A stretch of 64,000 bases of DNA from Auanema rhodensis (Eukaryota; Animalia; Nematoda), in NCBI GenBank assembly GCA_964057225.1, contig OZ059895.1:12276001-12340000 (forward strand), given 5' to 3'. The stretch's first letter is position 1; every line of letters begins with the position of its first letter. Below the pieces are notes generated by a model. The model ran no database searches. It was not told the DNA's origin and saw only the letters and a program-made list of their open reading frames with translations. The position numbers were made by a program, and so were the translations under genes. This document shows positions 29,565 through 43,123 of the stretch, in pieces.

Positions 29565-30008
29565 TGTTCCATACGTGTCTTATAAAGAAGGCGGTTGACG
29601 TTGTCAACCGACTTTTGGTTAATAGAATTCAATAAGAAACTAGACCTGAACTACTTTTTGTATAAATTCAATTATATTTGTAATTAATATTTTGCTATAT
29701 AAACCCCTGAGAAAGCAACTAGGTTGGCTTTCTCATACTTTTTGTATAAGTTTATATAGCAAAATATTAATTACAAATATAATTGAATTTATACAAAAAG
29801 TAGTTCAGGTCTAGTTTCTTATTGAATAAGGCTTTCTCATAACATGTAGTTTCATTTATTTGATTATTGTATTTTTGCTTTTATAATAGTATTTCCATAT
29901 TCTGAATAAACTTCTTTTTTTCTACTCTCTGTTACTTTTACAATGGCATTCACACTATTAAAGTGCATATGGTTACCTAGCCGGAACCCTAGGAACCAAT
30001 ATGGAACG
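29565..30008 (+). repeat. 5' LTR (TGTTCCATA...TATGGAACG) with an internal inverted duplication
   Basis: Near-identical to the LTRs at 54049 and 61013 except for 105 extra bp. Confidence 0.9.
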
Positions 30009-30027
30009 TGGAGGTTCCACCGAGATT
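30009..30027 (+). promoter_or_regulatory. Primer-binding site, tRNA-Gln
   Basis: TGGAGGTTCCACCGAGATT is complementary to the 3' end of eukaryotic tRNA-Gln (…AATCTCGGTGGAACCT-CCA); also present at 52073 and 54394. Confidence 0.88.
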
Positions 30028-31134
30028 CGTCTATAAGGGACGAATCTCTATGGACCGCTACTTTTCTCACCTTTAAATTACTTTCTCTTTCTTTGAAATC
30101 CTTTTTACTCTAAAAATTTATCTTGATTTCATATCCAAAAATTCTAATTAAATTTTATATTTCAAACTTTCAAGTCAATTTTGTATCTAAAACAAAAACT
30201 CCAATTTAATCTAGTAATTCGAATTTATCTCTAAATATCATTCTTCTAACATCATTTCTGATATATCTATTTGAAAAAAAAAATGTCTTATACATATTAT
30301 CTATTACAATCTATATTCCTACTTCATTCTTCTACTTTCCTGTATGTTTAAAGCATATAATGCATAAAAACTCTTTTTGGAACAAGCATATCAAAATATT
30401 TAACCACGAATAATATTAAAAACTATCAATTCATGAAATATCTTAAAGACATTTATTCATATTGCAACACTTACCCATAAGTCATCTTGAAAACATCTTA
30501 TCACAAGCTAAATTTTGAAAATATCTATTCATAAATCATTCTGAAAACATTGATTCATAAACAAAACCACTATTCTTGATATCTAACGCATTTTTATGAG
30601 AAAGCCCCGTAAGAAACAATACCAGACATTCTCGGGACATCGCGCGGAGGCGTACACTTCTTGATATAAGACGCGCAATCATTTGAAATTAACCCTTTTT
30701 GATCCCATATGTGAATTAAAGAATATTTTGAAGTTGAGTGGTCCCACCTAGCAAGACCCAGGGGAACAGAAGTAACGTTAAAAGGGAACGTCTTTTGGGG
30801 GTTTGTTTAGGTAAGAGAAGTCTGGAAAAGTGAATATGAGAAGCCTGTGTACCTGATCTTGTCCATGACTGAAAAGGAGCAATATACAGACCACTGTCTC
30901 ATATCTCATGCCTCTTCGAGAGATAAGAACTTGGTCTTTTGCTAAAGGTCTCACGTAGTTGCGGACTCGTGTATGAACCTGACCAGGCTATTCTCCGACT
31001 AGAGACCCGCTGCAGGCTGGCCTCCTGACAGGAACAGGAGTCGCGCATACCAACCCCATATTGTCTTATACGTTTTGTATAATATAAGCTCAGTCTTCGT
31101 TGGTTAATAATTTCCTTCCAGGAAACCAACAAAA

Positions 31135-34100
31135 ATGGCTGACGCAGCGAATCAAAACCCTCCGCCGGGAAATATTGCCCAAAATGCTACGAATAGCGCA
31201 GAGAAAACTCAGACAGTGGAAGCAGCACTGCATAGAAACCAAAGAAAAAGAGGACCACCGGATGCATTCCGACCAGATGCGAAATATCCGAAAACGAACA
31301 CGAAATCAAAGAAATTACCCCCTATTCCGGGTACACCGCTAACTGCTAAGAAACTTTATACTACTGCTATTAAAACTACTAGGCATGCAATTAGCTTGAA
31401 TAAGAATAAAGCATCATCCAGTAAATCCACGCCCAAACGCTCTTCTCACTCTCCAAAAACAGTTGTTAATACCGGCACTAACACTTGTCCTCCGAATCAC
31501 ACTTCTCCTCAACGCCTTGTTCAAACCGCAAATGCGGAAATCCTCATCTCTCCTATTCCTAGAAACTCTCCCTCTTCCACTGATCAATCTTTGCACGGGC
31601 ACTCTCTGTCTCCTGTCTCTTCTTCGTCAGACAATTACGTAAATTTGACTTCGATAGTTACAGAGCAGAGAAGTCGCCCTCAAATGGCAGAGCAGATGGA
31701 GCAAGACAATTCTCCTATTGCAAGAGCCCACAACGTTTCTATTCGCCATCACAAACCTACGCTTTATGATGGATCGGTTCCATTCAACCTCTACATGCAA
31801 AGACTAGAAGGATATTTCGATGCCCTTCAAGTCCCTATTGCCGAGAGACTTTCCCATCTCCATCTACTTCTCGGAACGGATAGAGCCGCTGAAGCTCTTC
31901 GAACTATACCAGCAGAAGACTTACGCCAGGGATGGAACCATGTCAAACGCATACTATCGGAGAAAATACAACCTCCAGAAAAGAGAGATGCAGCATTCAC
32001 AAAACTCACTCATTTGAAACAAGGAGAGCACGAAACGGTACAAAATTTCGCTCAACGCTGCAGAAACCTTGCCTATAAATTATGCAACATGGACTCGACA
32101 GCCGATGAAAGAATACTACAAGAAAAAGAGTTTCATTCTTAGGAGGACTACGAAAGACTTTAAGAACACATGTCAATAACCGCAGCCCTATCACCTTTGA
32201 TGCAGCCGTGACTATTGCCGAAACTGTGGAAGCTGACGAGGATCCTTCGCTCTTGGTCAACAACTTGATTAAAGACGTGGAGCAACTAGAGATTAATAAC
32301 GGTCTTATAAACCACATGAGAGCATCACAACAGGAGAAAATCTATGACGGACCACAAATACACCAATCAAGAACATTCTATGGAAATCAATCAAGACCAC
32401 AACACCCACAAGAGCAATGGAATCAAAGAAGAGGAGGATACCGCTCACCAAGATACCAAGAGGATCGACAAAATAACCGTCACAACTTCAGACAGGATAA
32501 CAGAAACAATGGATATCAACGAGGATACAACAATTATCGTAGCCCCCAACGGTACGATAGATACAATAATCGATACAACAGCAGAGGAAACGATCGATAT
32601 GATAGCAGAAGGAATGATCGGCAGGAGCACAGAGAAAACGACCGATACAACCGCGGAAACTGTCCTGATCGCGGATTTCAACAACGAAATCGCAGCACTT
32701 CATATGGACCACATAACAGGCACAGAGATCGCACAAGAAGCCCCAGCGTCCGTTTTCACGTTAACAAAGTAGAAAAGGAAACAATCAAAACAAAGAAGAC
32801 ACTTCCGTTCATACCGCTATTCTTATCCGTCATCGCCCTATCTATGATACCTTGCCAGGCAGACAACACCTATCAACTCTGCATTGGCAAACGAGGAGGT
32901 ATTTTCCTCGAACCACCTCGCCCAACCACCTGCTCAGACTATGCACACAAGGACGGAGTCGAGATAAAAACAGTGGAACTATTCGCAGAAAATATGAATT
33001 ACAAGGAATGGGAAGCATGGAAATGCGCCAAGGAAATCTATAAAACGTGCGCCCACGACTTATTCTTCATCAGGGAAAATAACGTTACATTACTCCGAAT
33101 AGAACCAGCCACTCCACAAGAATGCCAAACAGCCATTCAAGAAAGACGACACATGGATAACGACCTCAATCGCGAAGCACCAGGACTGTTCAAAGCCCCT
33201 ATGCCATCTAATACACAATCAAAATCGTTTTGGGCATCCTCTTGCACAACCAAGTCAAGATTCACCTTAGAAAGAGGAATGATGACTAGCCTACACGATG
33301 ACACTATAATCTCCGACTTATTTATCAACACTGAAGGATGCACTAAGCAACAAGGAGTATGCAACACCACCAACGCAGTTATCACATGGATCCACCCAAT
33401 GATCATCGAAATTGCGACTACACGACATTAGGGAAATTCGAAGCACTAATCAACAATGATACTGTATTAATCTCGGAAATACAAGGAGCACTCATTCTCA
33501 AAAACAACACGCCAGACCCTACAGCTACAAGATGTATGAATACAAGCATCTACTCAACTGATAGTGGTACGTACATTTCCATCAAGGACTTAAAAACACA
33601 CCGACGTCAAAAGAGGATGGCACCCCAAGAATACCCTACGAGATTCTTCAATATCACTATCTACAAATCACTTCGCCTCACAGACAGTTCTACAGGTGTA
33701 GTACCTATGTACCAGACATATCGAAATAGGAAAAGACTGGACAACGCTTATAACCTTATGGAATATCTCAAGACATCTAGCGTACACATAGGTTTCATCA
33801 AATTCCTACAACTAGATTCATCAAAACTGAAGAACCGACTCTTATGGCACAACTACACTGACATCAACATGGTTATCCTGCACACACTTGCAGAAGCTGA
33901 GATTCGACTTTCTACGAAAATTGCCATCGAACACCTACTGCCATCAGAGATCACGGCAAAACTCAGCAAGCAAATCACTATCAGCGACTTTGCCACACGT
34001 CTACTCAACTACGAAGGCGATTATCTCGACCGAGCAAGACAAATAGCAATTGAAATAGCTCACACACCTACCACTCTGGCAACAGGAGAGACTATTCCAT

Positions 34101-34600
34101 CATGGAGGACTATCTGTACCAACTGTACCCACCCAGGATGACAAAACTGCCTAGATCACGCACTGACACACAGTTCTACACCCAGATGGATCAAATACAG
34201 GAGTTTCTTGATTATCTAGAGCAAAACAATCGTCTAACTCGGATATCAAAAGAACAAAGAGAGACAGAAAATAAGAAATGGGCAGATCTCACAAAACAGG
34301 CAAATTCGTCAGCAATCGTCTTTCCCAACTATACCCTCATCTTCAACGGACACGCACAAAATTATGGGTTGCCCAAAAATCAACCTACAATCAGACCTAT
34401 CACGGATGAAGACAGCAAATTATTTCAACAAGCATATCTTCAGCTCATTGAGTCACCTGGTGCTAGCCCCACAAGCACCACTACTACAACCACCACAACC
34501 ACTACATCGACTACCACATCAACTGCTTCGACAACTACTACTCATCGGACGTCTCCACCTCAACCTACAACTACACCAAGGAGATATTACTATTACCAGT
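31135..34600 (+). pseudogene. Copy A gag-env polyprotein, frameshifted and truncated
   Basis: Capsid-like motifs (KPTLYDG…F, LKQGEHETVQNFAQR), R/N/Y-rich basic region, signal-peptide-like LPFIPLFLSVIALSMIPCQA, Cys-rich ectodomain, furin-like RRQKR, Thr-rich stalk; spans ORFs 31135, 32208, 33359 and 34102. Confidence 0.8.
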
Positions 34601-35382
34601 ATATTTATGTACAAAACTTTTCTATACTAGTACTATATTCCTACTATATTCCTACTATATTCCTATTTTCTTTTTCTTTTATCTTCTTTTAAATTTCATC
34701 TTTTTCCCTCTCTTATTACTATTATTTTTTCTCTTCTTCCTAATATAACCCAGAAAACAGCCAAATAATTTTGAAATTTTTTATCTGAATCCCGAAACTA
34801 AGATTTACAATTTTGCATTTTGATCCTAGAAGTAGCCCGTGAGAAGCAATACCAGACTGTCTCGAGAAGTGAGCGGAGGCAACCACTATTTTTGATATAA
34901 GACGTACGCATTCCTGATTTTGAAGATCCCTTTTTGGTCCTATTTTTGCAAATTTGAAAATTACGACAAAATTAGTCGAGAATGAAAGTGTTAGAGTAGT
35001 CTCACCATGAAAAATCAGGGGAGCAGAATTTCGTTAAGGGAGCGATTTCTGTGATTTTTCATAGGCAAGAGAAGTCTGGGAAAGTGAATGTACGAGGCCT
35101 GAGCACCTAATCTTGTCGAAAGACTGAAAGGGAATACTGCTTAGATCACCGTCGTATATTTCACGCCTATTCGAGAGATGGGAACTTGATCCTAGAAAGG
35201 GCGCACCGGTCACAGGCCCGTGTATGTACCCGATTGAGCAATTCTCCGTTAGAAGATTCGCTGGACTGGCCCCCTAGCAAGCGTCACGCATACAACCCCA
35301 TATTGCCTCTCACGTTGTATATATATATTTATAAGATTCGCATCGTTGGTATAATAATTTCCTTTCCAGGAAAACCAACAAG

Positions 35383-38300
35383 ATGACGGACTCGAAGAGT
35401 AAAAATCCTGCGCAGGATAAAACAAATCCACAGAGCGCAGCCCCCGGTAATGATACGCACGTCGAGCCAGTACTCGAGCGGAATCAAAAAAAAGAGGACC
35501 TCCAAATGTTTATGAGCCGGACACGAAGCGCCGACCTACTGCTGCAAAGAAACCACCCGCTATACCGGGTACCCCCGCGAAGAAAATAGGCACAACAGCT
35601 ATTAAAACTTCTCGCCACGCTATTACTCTAAGTAAAATTGAAGCGTCTATTAGCAAACAAACTCCAAAACGCACTTCTAATGTTATCAAAAGCTCTAATA
35701 ATGTTAGCACAAATACTTCCCCTCGTAGAGATTATTCTAAAATATTATCTTCATACCCAAATACTGCTATTCTTTCTTCTCCTCTTCCTCGAAATTCTCC
35801 CTCTTCATCCGATCAATCATTACATGGGCAATCTTCTTCTCCTGTATCTTCTCCGTCGGAAGTAACCACCAATTTCAATTTGAATGTTGCAGAGAAGAAA
35901 AAATCGCTCAGATGACTGACCGGATGGATGACCACCCAAACTCCAATGATCAAACCCAAAACAACTCTAATTTCCGCATGCTACCCACGAACACTGTTTC
36001 TATTCGCCACCATAAACCCACCTTGTATGATGGAGCAGCACCTTTTCCGGACGAAATACGTCAAGGATGGAATAACGTAAAGCTCTTTTTGTCTCTCAAA
36101 CTTCAACCTCAAGAGAAACGAGATGCCGCGTTCACCAGACTCACTCACATGAAGCAAGGAGAGAGTGAAACTGTCAACCATTTTGCACAACGCTGTCGAA
36201 ATCTGGCTTATGAAGCAAGCGATATGAACACCGATGCTGATGAACGTATATTACGTGTAGCTTTCCTCGGTGGATTACGGAAACAACTACGTACGCACGT
36301 CAATAATCGAAGCCCAACCACCTTTGAATCATCCGTCACTATCGCTGAAACCGTTGAAGCAGATGAGGACCCCTCTTCCTTCATCAACAACTTAACCGAT
36401 GGACTAGATGATTTGAATATCAATAATGAACACATCAATCACATGAGAGCTCCACAGCGTGATAAAATTCATAGAGGACCGGCACCACATCTATCATCCA
36501 GGCCACACGACAATTCCTCACATCCACAAAGACCTCAAGAACCATGGCACCAAAGACGAGGAGGATACCGTCATTATGATGAAAGAAGAACAGGAAGATA
36601 CCATCAATACAACGACAGGAACAGGAATAACAGACCACGCTCAAGAGGACCAAACAACTACCGTAGCCCACATAGAAATAATAGGTATAACGACCGTTAT
36701 GATAACAGATACAACAACAACTATCATCGCGGAAACCAGTACGATCGAAGATACCAGAACAGAGATCACCATGAATCATATGGACCTAATTCGCGCTACA
36801 GAAATCGCACAAGAAGCCCATCAGTACGATTCCATGTTAACCAAGTTAACAATGAAACACCCCGCACGAGCAACAAGAAACTTCCATTCACACCTCTCTT
36901 CCTTTCCATCATGGCACTGACAATACTTCCTTGTCACGCAGACAACACCTACCATCTATGCACCGGAACACGAGGAGGCATCTTTCTCGAACCCCCTCGG
37001 CCAACTTTATGCTCAGAAAACATACACAAGGATGGAGTTCAAATTACTAACGTCGAATTATTCGCAGAAAACATGCATTACAAGGAATGGGAGGCTTGGA
37101 AATGCTCCAAAGAAATCTACAGAACATGTGCTCACGATAGACTGTTCATTAGAGAAAACAATAACACTCTACTTTACGTCGAAGCCGCAACTCTTAAGGA
37201 ATGTAAGGAAGCCATACAAGAAAGAAGACATATGGATACGAATCTTGTACGTACAGCTCCAGGACTATTTAAGGCACCTTTACCTTTAAACAATCAGTCT
37301 TACTCATTTTGGTCTACATCTTGCACCACAACTCCAAGATTAACGTTAGAAAGAGGAATGATGACTTGTTTACATGACGATATCATCATATCAGACCTTT
37401 TTCTCAACACGGAAGGATGTGCGAAGAAAGCAGGAACTTGTACAACGCACAATGCCATAATCGTTTGGACACCACCTCACGACCATCACAAATGCGACTT
37501 CAGCTCCTTAGGAAACTTCTCAGCACTTGTCAACAACGACACAGTCCTAATCTCGGAGATACAGAGCGCATTTATCCTCCAAGACCAGAAACCGGATAAC
37601 ATAGCAACTCGATGTTTAGGAAAGGATATACATGCAACGAATAGTGGTACATACATTCATATACCACCTAAAGAGACTCCAAGACGACAGAAAAGGAAAG
37701 CGCCACAAGAATACCCTACACGCTTTTTCAATATCACCATATATCCATCATTACGTCTTACGGACAGCTCTACAGGAATTATTCCAATGTATCAGAAGTA
37801 TCGCAACCGGAAAAGATTGGATAATTCTTAGAGTCTCATAGACTATCTGAAAACTTCCAGTATTCACGTAGGACTTACAAAATTCCTCAAGTTAGACGCA
37901 ATCGCGATCAAGGAAACACTATTATGGTACAACTACAACGACACTAATATCGCCATTCTACATGCGCTGGCAAAAGCAAAAATTCTCCTAGCAACAGAAA
38001 TTGCTATCGCGCATCTCCTACCATCTGAGCTCACAGAAAAACTGAGTAAACAAATCACGATTAAGGAGTTCGCCGATAAGTTGGAAAAACGCACAGGAGA
38101 CTACTTAGAGCGAGCGAGAGACATTGCATTTGAAATCGCACAAACTCCCGCAGTATTAGCAACAGGAGAAACGATTCCTTCATTAGAAGAATATTTATTT
38201 CAACTATACCCACCTAGGATGTCGAGAAGAACAACTCCTAGAATGGACACTTCGTTTTACACACAAATCGACGAAGTATCAAACTTTATTGACTATATAG

Positions 38301-41025
38301 CATCACATAATCGTTTGCTACATATATCAACAGAAGAACGCGAAAAAGAGAGCAGAAAGTGGAATAAATTGGAAGAGGAATCAACTAGTCCAAGGATTAT
38401 TTTTCCTAATTATGCAATCATATTTAAAGGACTAGCTCAGAACTTTGGACTGCCACGTGGTACACCAACGACTAAAACTATTTCACAGGAAGAAAGCGAG
38501 AGATTTCAACGAACATATCTTGAATTAATCGACTCCCTCACGTATTCAACAACAACGACTACGACTACCACGACTTCCGCAAGCACTACAAGCTCTACTA
38601 CGCACGCGACTACAACAACAACTTTTCGAACTACTCCCAAACCTTTCCACACTCTCAGAACATTATCACCAAGCTCTACAACTACTCCAAGAAGATATCA
38701 CTACTATCAAGCTACGACAACGCCATTCTCATTACCAAAACAGCTTGTAACGCGAACAGAAATTCCGCAAATCTCTTCAACAGTGATAGAGCCAAGGACA
38801 ACAACCAAACGAGCCGCCACAACACCTCAACAAGCAAGAGAAGTCCAATCTCACATAGGACAGCAAGCACACGCTAATTTTCTTCGTACAAGACATGATA
38901 TCATCCAGAAATATGTTGAACAATTACGTCGACTGGATACACAATCGCATCTACAATATTCAACCTCGCAACTAGAAGAAGAAATTTTGAAGGCGTTTCA
39001 AAAAACGAAAAAGGACATCTGTAGGATGCAAAACAAACAACTCCTTACGTGGTGGGCCATTCTACAAATTAACCCAACTATTGGTATCCGCACAATGCTT
39101 AGACGTCAGGATATATCAGCTAAATTCGTTGCTGAACACCTTATCTACGTAATGCCTTGCACACCTATCCACGTAACAAAAATCTACTCGGATCACAAAA
39201 GAAACGGAACATGTTACATGGAAACACCAGTAGATACAGAACATCATGGAGAACTGTTTTTAATACCTGGAACACGTGATATTTCACCAATGGGCAGACG
39301 AATCGACTGCATGATGGCTACAACGGATCCATATAAATTAAACGACCAATGGATGAAGGAAAACACAACATTAAATGTGACGAACCTATCATTTGCGGAC
39401 GAACTCACTTCGATCAAAATCGATCACATAAAATTCAATAACTCCAACATATATGCTAACCTCACGGAATCTTCATTCCCGTTTGAACTCGCTATTTCAT
39501 ACGGATCCAGTCTAGCCTCTCTACAAGCCACGAAGATTGAAACCTATATTTAACAACAAGAAAGCCAGGAAGATTGAAACCTATATTTAACAACAAGAAA
39601 GGAATCAGTCTGAATCCACTCAACATCCTTGAAAATGCCATAACAATTCCTATCGTAGTGGGAGACATCGTCGGAAACACGGCAAACGAAGGAATTTCCA
39701 GCTTCTTCGCTTTTATTGGAGAAACTTTCAAGGCCTGGCTATTAAGAACACTTGCCACAATCGGCGCAATCATCGCCATAATAGGACTCATCACCGCGCT
39801 GATTTACGGAATCAAAATATACGCACGTGTCACAAGAATTCCCATCAATTATATCAAAGAAGATGACGAAGAAAGAAGAGAACATCCAGCCCAAGAGACC
39901 GAACTTCAGCCGTTAAGAAGAGCGACACAAGACAACTACCATGCTCCACTTTCACGCTATGATCCCGATGCACCATTAACAGATAGCGATCTGCTAACCT
40001 ATCTGCCCAGGTACGCTATTAATGAATCAAAGATAAACTACATTGGGGGATCCCGATTACCATTCGTACCCATATCAATTTACAACCAAGTTTTTACTGC
40101 ATTATGGGATACAGTTGCATCAATTTCATATATGAAAGAGAGCACTTTCAATCAATTACCGGCAGCAAAAATGGTCGCTGAGAAAACTACAGCTGTTGTA
40201 GCAAACAAGTCTCGATTTTCCTTCCTAGGATATACAATACTGCCAATAATAATTGGAAAGACCGAAATTGACCACAAAATATTGATATCTTTTGACAATC
40301 ATTGCCCAGCACCAATATTGCTTGGAATAGATTTTATTGAAGCACTCAACAGAGAAGGAATCCTCACATCCTTACGCCCTCTGCAAAATTCATTGCTGAT
40401 TGGAGATACCACGGTACCTCTAGCGCAAAACTACAATGCATGGACAGAAAAACACACAATTACACACGTTGTTAGTCTGGAAACTAAACAATTTTACCCC
40501 GGAGAAACCAGATCTCTAACTTTGGAAGTAAATGATCCCGCCTCATTCGAACAAGCTTTCATTAGAAGCTCACAACGAGTAGGAAAAATGAGTTTTGCGC
40601 CTACAACTTTCACCCCAACAGGATATGGAGTCCAGATATTTGCTACAAATATCTCTTCGGATACAATCGAAGTCCAGACAAACCAAGGCATTGGAACAGC
40701 TTATGCTATCCCCAAAAACACGGAGGAGCAAAAAGGACAATATGTACCACCAGAAGCAAAATGGGAAGATCAACTACCATTCTTCCCAGATGATTTCATA
40801 AAAGATCTAGATGTCTCAAATTCCATCTTCACTCAATTAGAAAGACAACAATTAAAGAAAATAGTACTTAGAAATAAGGAAGCTTTCTTGAACGAGGATC
40901 GAAATATCGGACTTTTCAAAGGACCAGTGGAACATAGCATCCCGATCATCGAAGGAAAAGTTCCATCTTTCAAGATCACGTACAGAATACCTCTATCACA
41001 ACAAGAATATAATAAATTACAATAA
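35383..41025 (+). pseudogene. Copy B gag-env(gB-like)-protease-RT(N-term) polyprotein with stops and frameshifts
   Basis: Paralogous to copy A. gB-like INPTIGIRTMLRRQDISAKFVAEHLIYVMPC…TCYMETPV; TM helix LATIGAIIAIIGLITALIYGI; aspartic protease ALWDTVASISY; gypsy RT leader GLFKGPVEHSIPI…YRIPLS. Confidence 0.82.
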
Positions 41026-41352
41026 ATTAAAAAAGGTTTCACAGTTGTATAGTGTTTAAACAATGTTTGTTTCAATAGGAAATAGATAGAAACAGTAAAG
41101 TTAAGATGAAGGTTCATAAACTACTGGTTTATAAATGTAATATAGAAATAAGATTGAAGATATTTTGATGCCTTGGGTTGAGCTATCTAAGTAAAACTGC
41201 TGGAAAATTGAAAACATTTGTTACGGAAGAGATAAAATTGAAAATCAGCTTCATGGTGTACTTTCAACGTGGTATGATCGTTAAAAAAATTTGAAAAGCT
41301 TACGGCACCCGGGATTCCCAAGCCGTCTCCGATCCAAGTACTAACCGGGCCC

Positions 41353-41689
41353 TGTCGCTTGACAACTGGACTTTTACCTCCAAGTATCAGTCCAAGTATA
41401 GAGTTGGTTCGTATGAGTGCGGTATTATGCGTTAAGACAAGTTAAATGAAGAAAGGTTTATTCAATAAATGCAACAACAGTAAAGTGAACAAGTGGATTG
41501 ATTTTAGAATTTCCAAGAAATCCTAAAATCAATACAAAATTGGTGAGACATGAGTTTTAACCATCTGGTTCTCCCTTTTATAGGGAGGCACCAGATGGAT
41601 CAAGGGGAGGAGAATGTTTTTGCAAAACAAAGTAAGAATGAGTGAAAATCAGTATGAAACTTACATATTCTTTCACGTCGACCGTGACA
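41353..41689 (-). repeat. BEL element 3' LTR
   Basis: Direct repeat of 51195-51531. Confidence 0.95.
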
Positions 41690-41697
41690 GTCCGCGC

Positions 41698-42183
41698 TTA
41701 AAGTCTTCTTTTTTTGTTTGCTGAGCAGAGAGCAGAATGATGATCTGTTCCTTGACAGCGACTGCAGGTTATGTTGCAGTCGTCCATGTGCGCGGGGGCC
41801 AAGCATTTCACACAGATTCTTAGATGGTTACATCTAAGTGATCTGTGGTGGGCAGTTGGATATACTGGACAGTTGAACGAGCGATGGCCGTCGGCAGGAG
41901 TTGATTCACAGAATACGCATGAGTTAGGGTTCTTTAGGTCGGCTAGATTGTTGGTATTGTTGAGGAGAAGCTGCGATTGCAAATAGAGTTGATCAATCTT
42001 TGCGTTTAGTTGCTCCAGAGCAGCTTCAATGTTGGACGCACGAAGACGACTCTTTTCTTCAAGAATAATAATATGCTTCAGTTTTAGCGGTTCGCTTGGA
42101 AGCTGCTCCATATTTGAAAGCTTCAAAGCATCGATGATTGATAGGAGGTTATCGTTCATTCTGACCGAAGTAGGTTCGGTCAT
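41698..42183 (-). CDS. Accessory ORF (161 aa): coiled coil + three CCHC-like zinc knuckles
   Basis: CVFC…H…C, CVKC…H…C, CSRC…HH…C; TTCAG acceptor and TATAAATA just upstream; intact. Confidence 0.75.
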   Translation of the reverse strand: MTEPTSVRMNDNLLSIIDALKLSNMEQLPSEPLKLKHIIILEEKSRLRASNIEAALEQLNAKIDQLYLQSQLLLNNTNNLADLKNPNSCVFCESTPADGHRSFNCPVYPTAHHRSLRCNHLRICVKCLAPAHMDDCNITCSRCQGTDHHSALCSANKKRRL

Positions 42184-42320
42184 AATGATCGTCCGCAACT
42201 GAAGTATTTGTAAAATTTATCTTTATTTATACTAGATTTTTGTACCTCCCCCTTGAATTTTTCTTTTGTTTTCTTTAGATTCAAAAAAAATTTTTTTTTT
42301 TATAGTTGTAGTTGTTGCAG

Positions 42321-42998
<678 letters not shown>

Positions 42999-43123
42999 CT
43001 TGTAACTTCAAATATATAGTGTTTTTTTTTTTTTTTTTTTTAAGTGTTTTTAAATTGTTCTTATAGCTAATTAATAAAGTTTTTTTTATTTTTTTTTATT
43101 ATTACTACAGTAAGATTACTGTT

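Larger units (their letters stand above)
29565..41017 (+). mobile_element. Chimeric, 3'-truncated Ty3/gypsy-like LTR retroelement(s): two tandem related gag-env(-pro-RT) internal regions behind one 5' LTR
   Basis: LTR + PBS at the left end. Copy A: gag 31135, breaks at ~34600. Copy B: leader ~34830, gag 35383, protease ~40100, RT N-terminus ~40820-41010, then truncated against inverted 5S spacer. Confidence 0.85.

Noticed and set aside
30009-30029. tRNA gene
   Set aside because: Only a 19-21-nt complement including the CCA end, adjacent to an LTR: a primer-binding site
29864-31132. Minus-strand ORFs repeated at 54252 and 54710
   Set aside because: Recur only because LTR/leader DNA is duplicated; no coding motifs
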